The notes beneath the pieces are model-generated. The model did not search any database and was not told where the DNA came from. It saw only the letters and a list, made by a program, of their open reading frames with translations. 64,000 nt of DNA from contig NC_043001.1 of the NCBI RefSeq assembly GCF_006345805.1, positions 131,378,001 through 131,442,000 on the forward strand, in the 5' to 3' direction. A program made the translations under genes and the position numbers. Position 1 is the first letter of the stretch; each line of letters opens with the position of its first letter. This stretch comes from Octopus sinensis. Taxonomy: Eukaryota. Positions 61,932 through 64,000 of the stretch are shown in pieces.

Positions 61932-64000
61932 AAAATAGATTTTAAAAAATAACACTAATCACCAATAAACTATAACTTATTTATATATGCCATAGATGAA
62001 TGGAATCATACTTGTCCCTTGTACAGATTTTTATTTTAATCTGCTCCGAACATCACTAAATTATAAGGTTAAACTACATTTTTACTGATATATGTAGCTA
62101 TAATTATGAGTTATATCTACACATCTATATTTGAAAGCAATTTAATTGAATCATTTTGAATTTTCTCAATTTTTTTGTTTCGTTTTTAATGACTTTGCAT
62201 ATTTAAGTGTCATGTATTTATAAATTTACAAATAAGCAATAATTTTTGTTTGTTCGTTTATACTAAGTTGTTTAGAAATTCTTCAAAAAAACCTGTTTTT
62301 TTTTGGGACATTTCATGATTTCTTTTTTCTTTTTAAATAACAGAATAGAATCAAAACTATTTTTATATATTTTTTAAAATAATAAACCTATTAAACTGAG
62401 GATTTAAAATAATTTAATTTTTACTTCTAAATTTCACTTAGGTGGTAGGTTGGAAGAATCATTAGAGTGCCTTACAATATTTAATTAAAGACCTTTTTAT
62501 TCTGAGTTTAAATACTGCTGAGATCAGCTTTTAACCTTCTGAGGTTGTTAAAATAAAGTACAAATAATGTACTAGGATCACTATAATCAATTGAACCCTC
62601 ACACACACACAAAAAATAGAAACAAAGCGAAAAACATACAGTATTTTAAAGAATGTATGAATGAAAAGTAGATTTAGCAAGCTACATTGCAGGCTACCCA
62701 TCTTGAAAGGCAGTATCTCTGAATAAGAATTGATACAGGGTACCAAAGACTCTTTAGTCCTCTTGCATGGGAGAACTTATGCTGTTGATGTTACCATAAG
62801 ATTCTCCCAGTGTTTTTTGTAAGGTGGCCAGTGATGTGTAGGGCATCCAACCACAAATACTATGCCAAAGATGGTATGTAGGAGTGAAACATGGATTTTG
62901 CAACTCATGTCTCTGGTTGCTTGTTTAGTAGGACATTAACTCTGAAAAAGACTTTGTGCAGGTTTGAAGGAACCCTTTAGTGCACTAACATGAAAAGAAA
63001 CAGTTCTAGTTAGTGGGGGAGATAAAATATATGTTGTAAGACTTATGCAATAATAAAGTTGTCTGGTTTTCTTTATTGCTGTGTGAGCAAACTGACAGGA
63101 ACTGTAAGGAGTGTTAAGACCCATCCAACTGATACAAGCACAGAAAATGGATGTGAATGACAGTGATGAAATATTGTACTCATACAAAACTACACATTTG
63201 TAGTGGTGGAGTATAGTTGACTGAATAGATTTTATAAGCACTGGAAGGACGATAAACAAAGTAGGTTATGGAAAATTTGAAACAGCGATGATAATGATGA
63301 TTTCTTTGTAATAACAATTTTAGTAATAAAACAACTTCATATCCAAAATTGTTTAAACCAACAAAAGAACAATAAACAATATTTTTCTTTGTCACCATGG
63401 CAATATGCAGGAAAGAGATGTATGACAGACAGCTTGTCTGAGCAGCTTGTTGCTAAATTCCTGATGATTTGAATTTAAATTTATTGTTGCAGAGATCTCA
63501 GTTTCCAAGTGACTTTGGATGGTGTTGTAGTTGTTGTTATTGTTGCTGCCACACTTTTCTGCATGGTCTTTGCCAACTACATCAAGCAAATAAAACATGT
63601 CAATAAAACAATGGTCAATTATGCAGCATCTATGCCACTGACAGGAGTGGACCGAAGCTTTGTCTTAGCGCTATGTATTTTAGATGGAAATGGTTAGCGA
63701 TAATGGTTGTGGTGATAGTTGTGGAGATTCAAAATATGGTTGAAATTGAGGAAGAAATACAGAAAGTGTTCATGGTTCATTATTCCCCTACTATTCCTTC
63801 CTCTTTATAATATCTAGTTTATTTACACTTGGATATAAATAATTTCTACTAATCATATTAATAGTTATGTGAATACGTCTATCATTTTTTAATCTTTCAG
63901 TCACACTTACCACTCAATTCCATAAGATGGTTTGGACTATGTTTTGAGATTCTTGTTGCTATGCTAAAATGTCCTAAGGTAGCAAATTTCAATCCACAAC

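Overview
Eukaryotic, AT-rich, microsatellite-dense DNA. The SINE/LINE/microsatellite content is typical of an octopod cephalopod (Octopus-like; inference). No host protein-coding exon can be supported, and most entries in the ORF track are translations of (TA)n, (TG)n, (TATG)n or (TATC)n repeats. The left 26 kb is a nest of mobile elements: a degenerate R4/Dong-type RLE non-LTR retrotransposon (minus), a Tigger/pogo fossil, a Penelope-like element (PLE) with GIY-YIG domain, a Merlin-like MITE, young tRNA-SINEs with TSDs, and a full-length Tx1/L1-clade LINE inserted in (TATC)n. Near 27 kb there is a GA-rich, CpG-retaining region with a strong splice donor just before a 100-N gap. Downstream lies CpG-depleted, intron-like DNA with SINEs, piggyBac-like MITEs, RTE and Dong fragments. 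Most notable observations: (1) several PLE-type hammerhead ribozyme motifs, two fully canonical, repeatedly found at fold-back inversions, plus a family with a non-canonical CUGUYGA core; (2) a (GATA/TATC)n-targeting Tx1 family seen as three independent insertions; (3) a SINE subfamily whose 3' tail is homologous to that Tx1 3' end; (4) two R4/Dong elements with a shared terminal motif but different microsatellite contexts, (TAA)n versus (TACA)n. All calls were made by eye; no searches were run.
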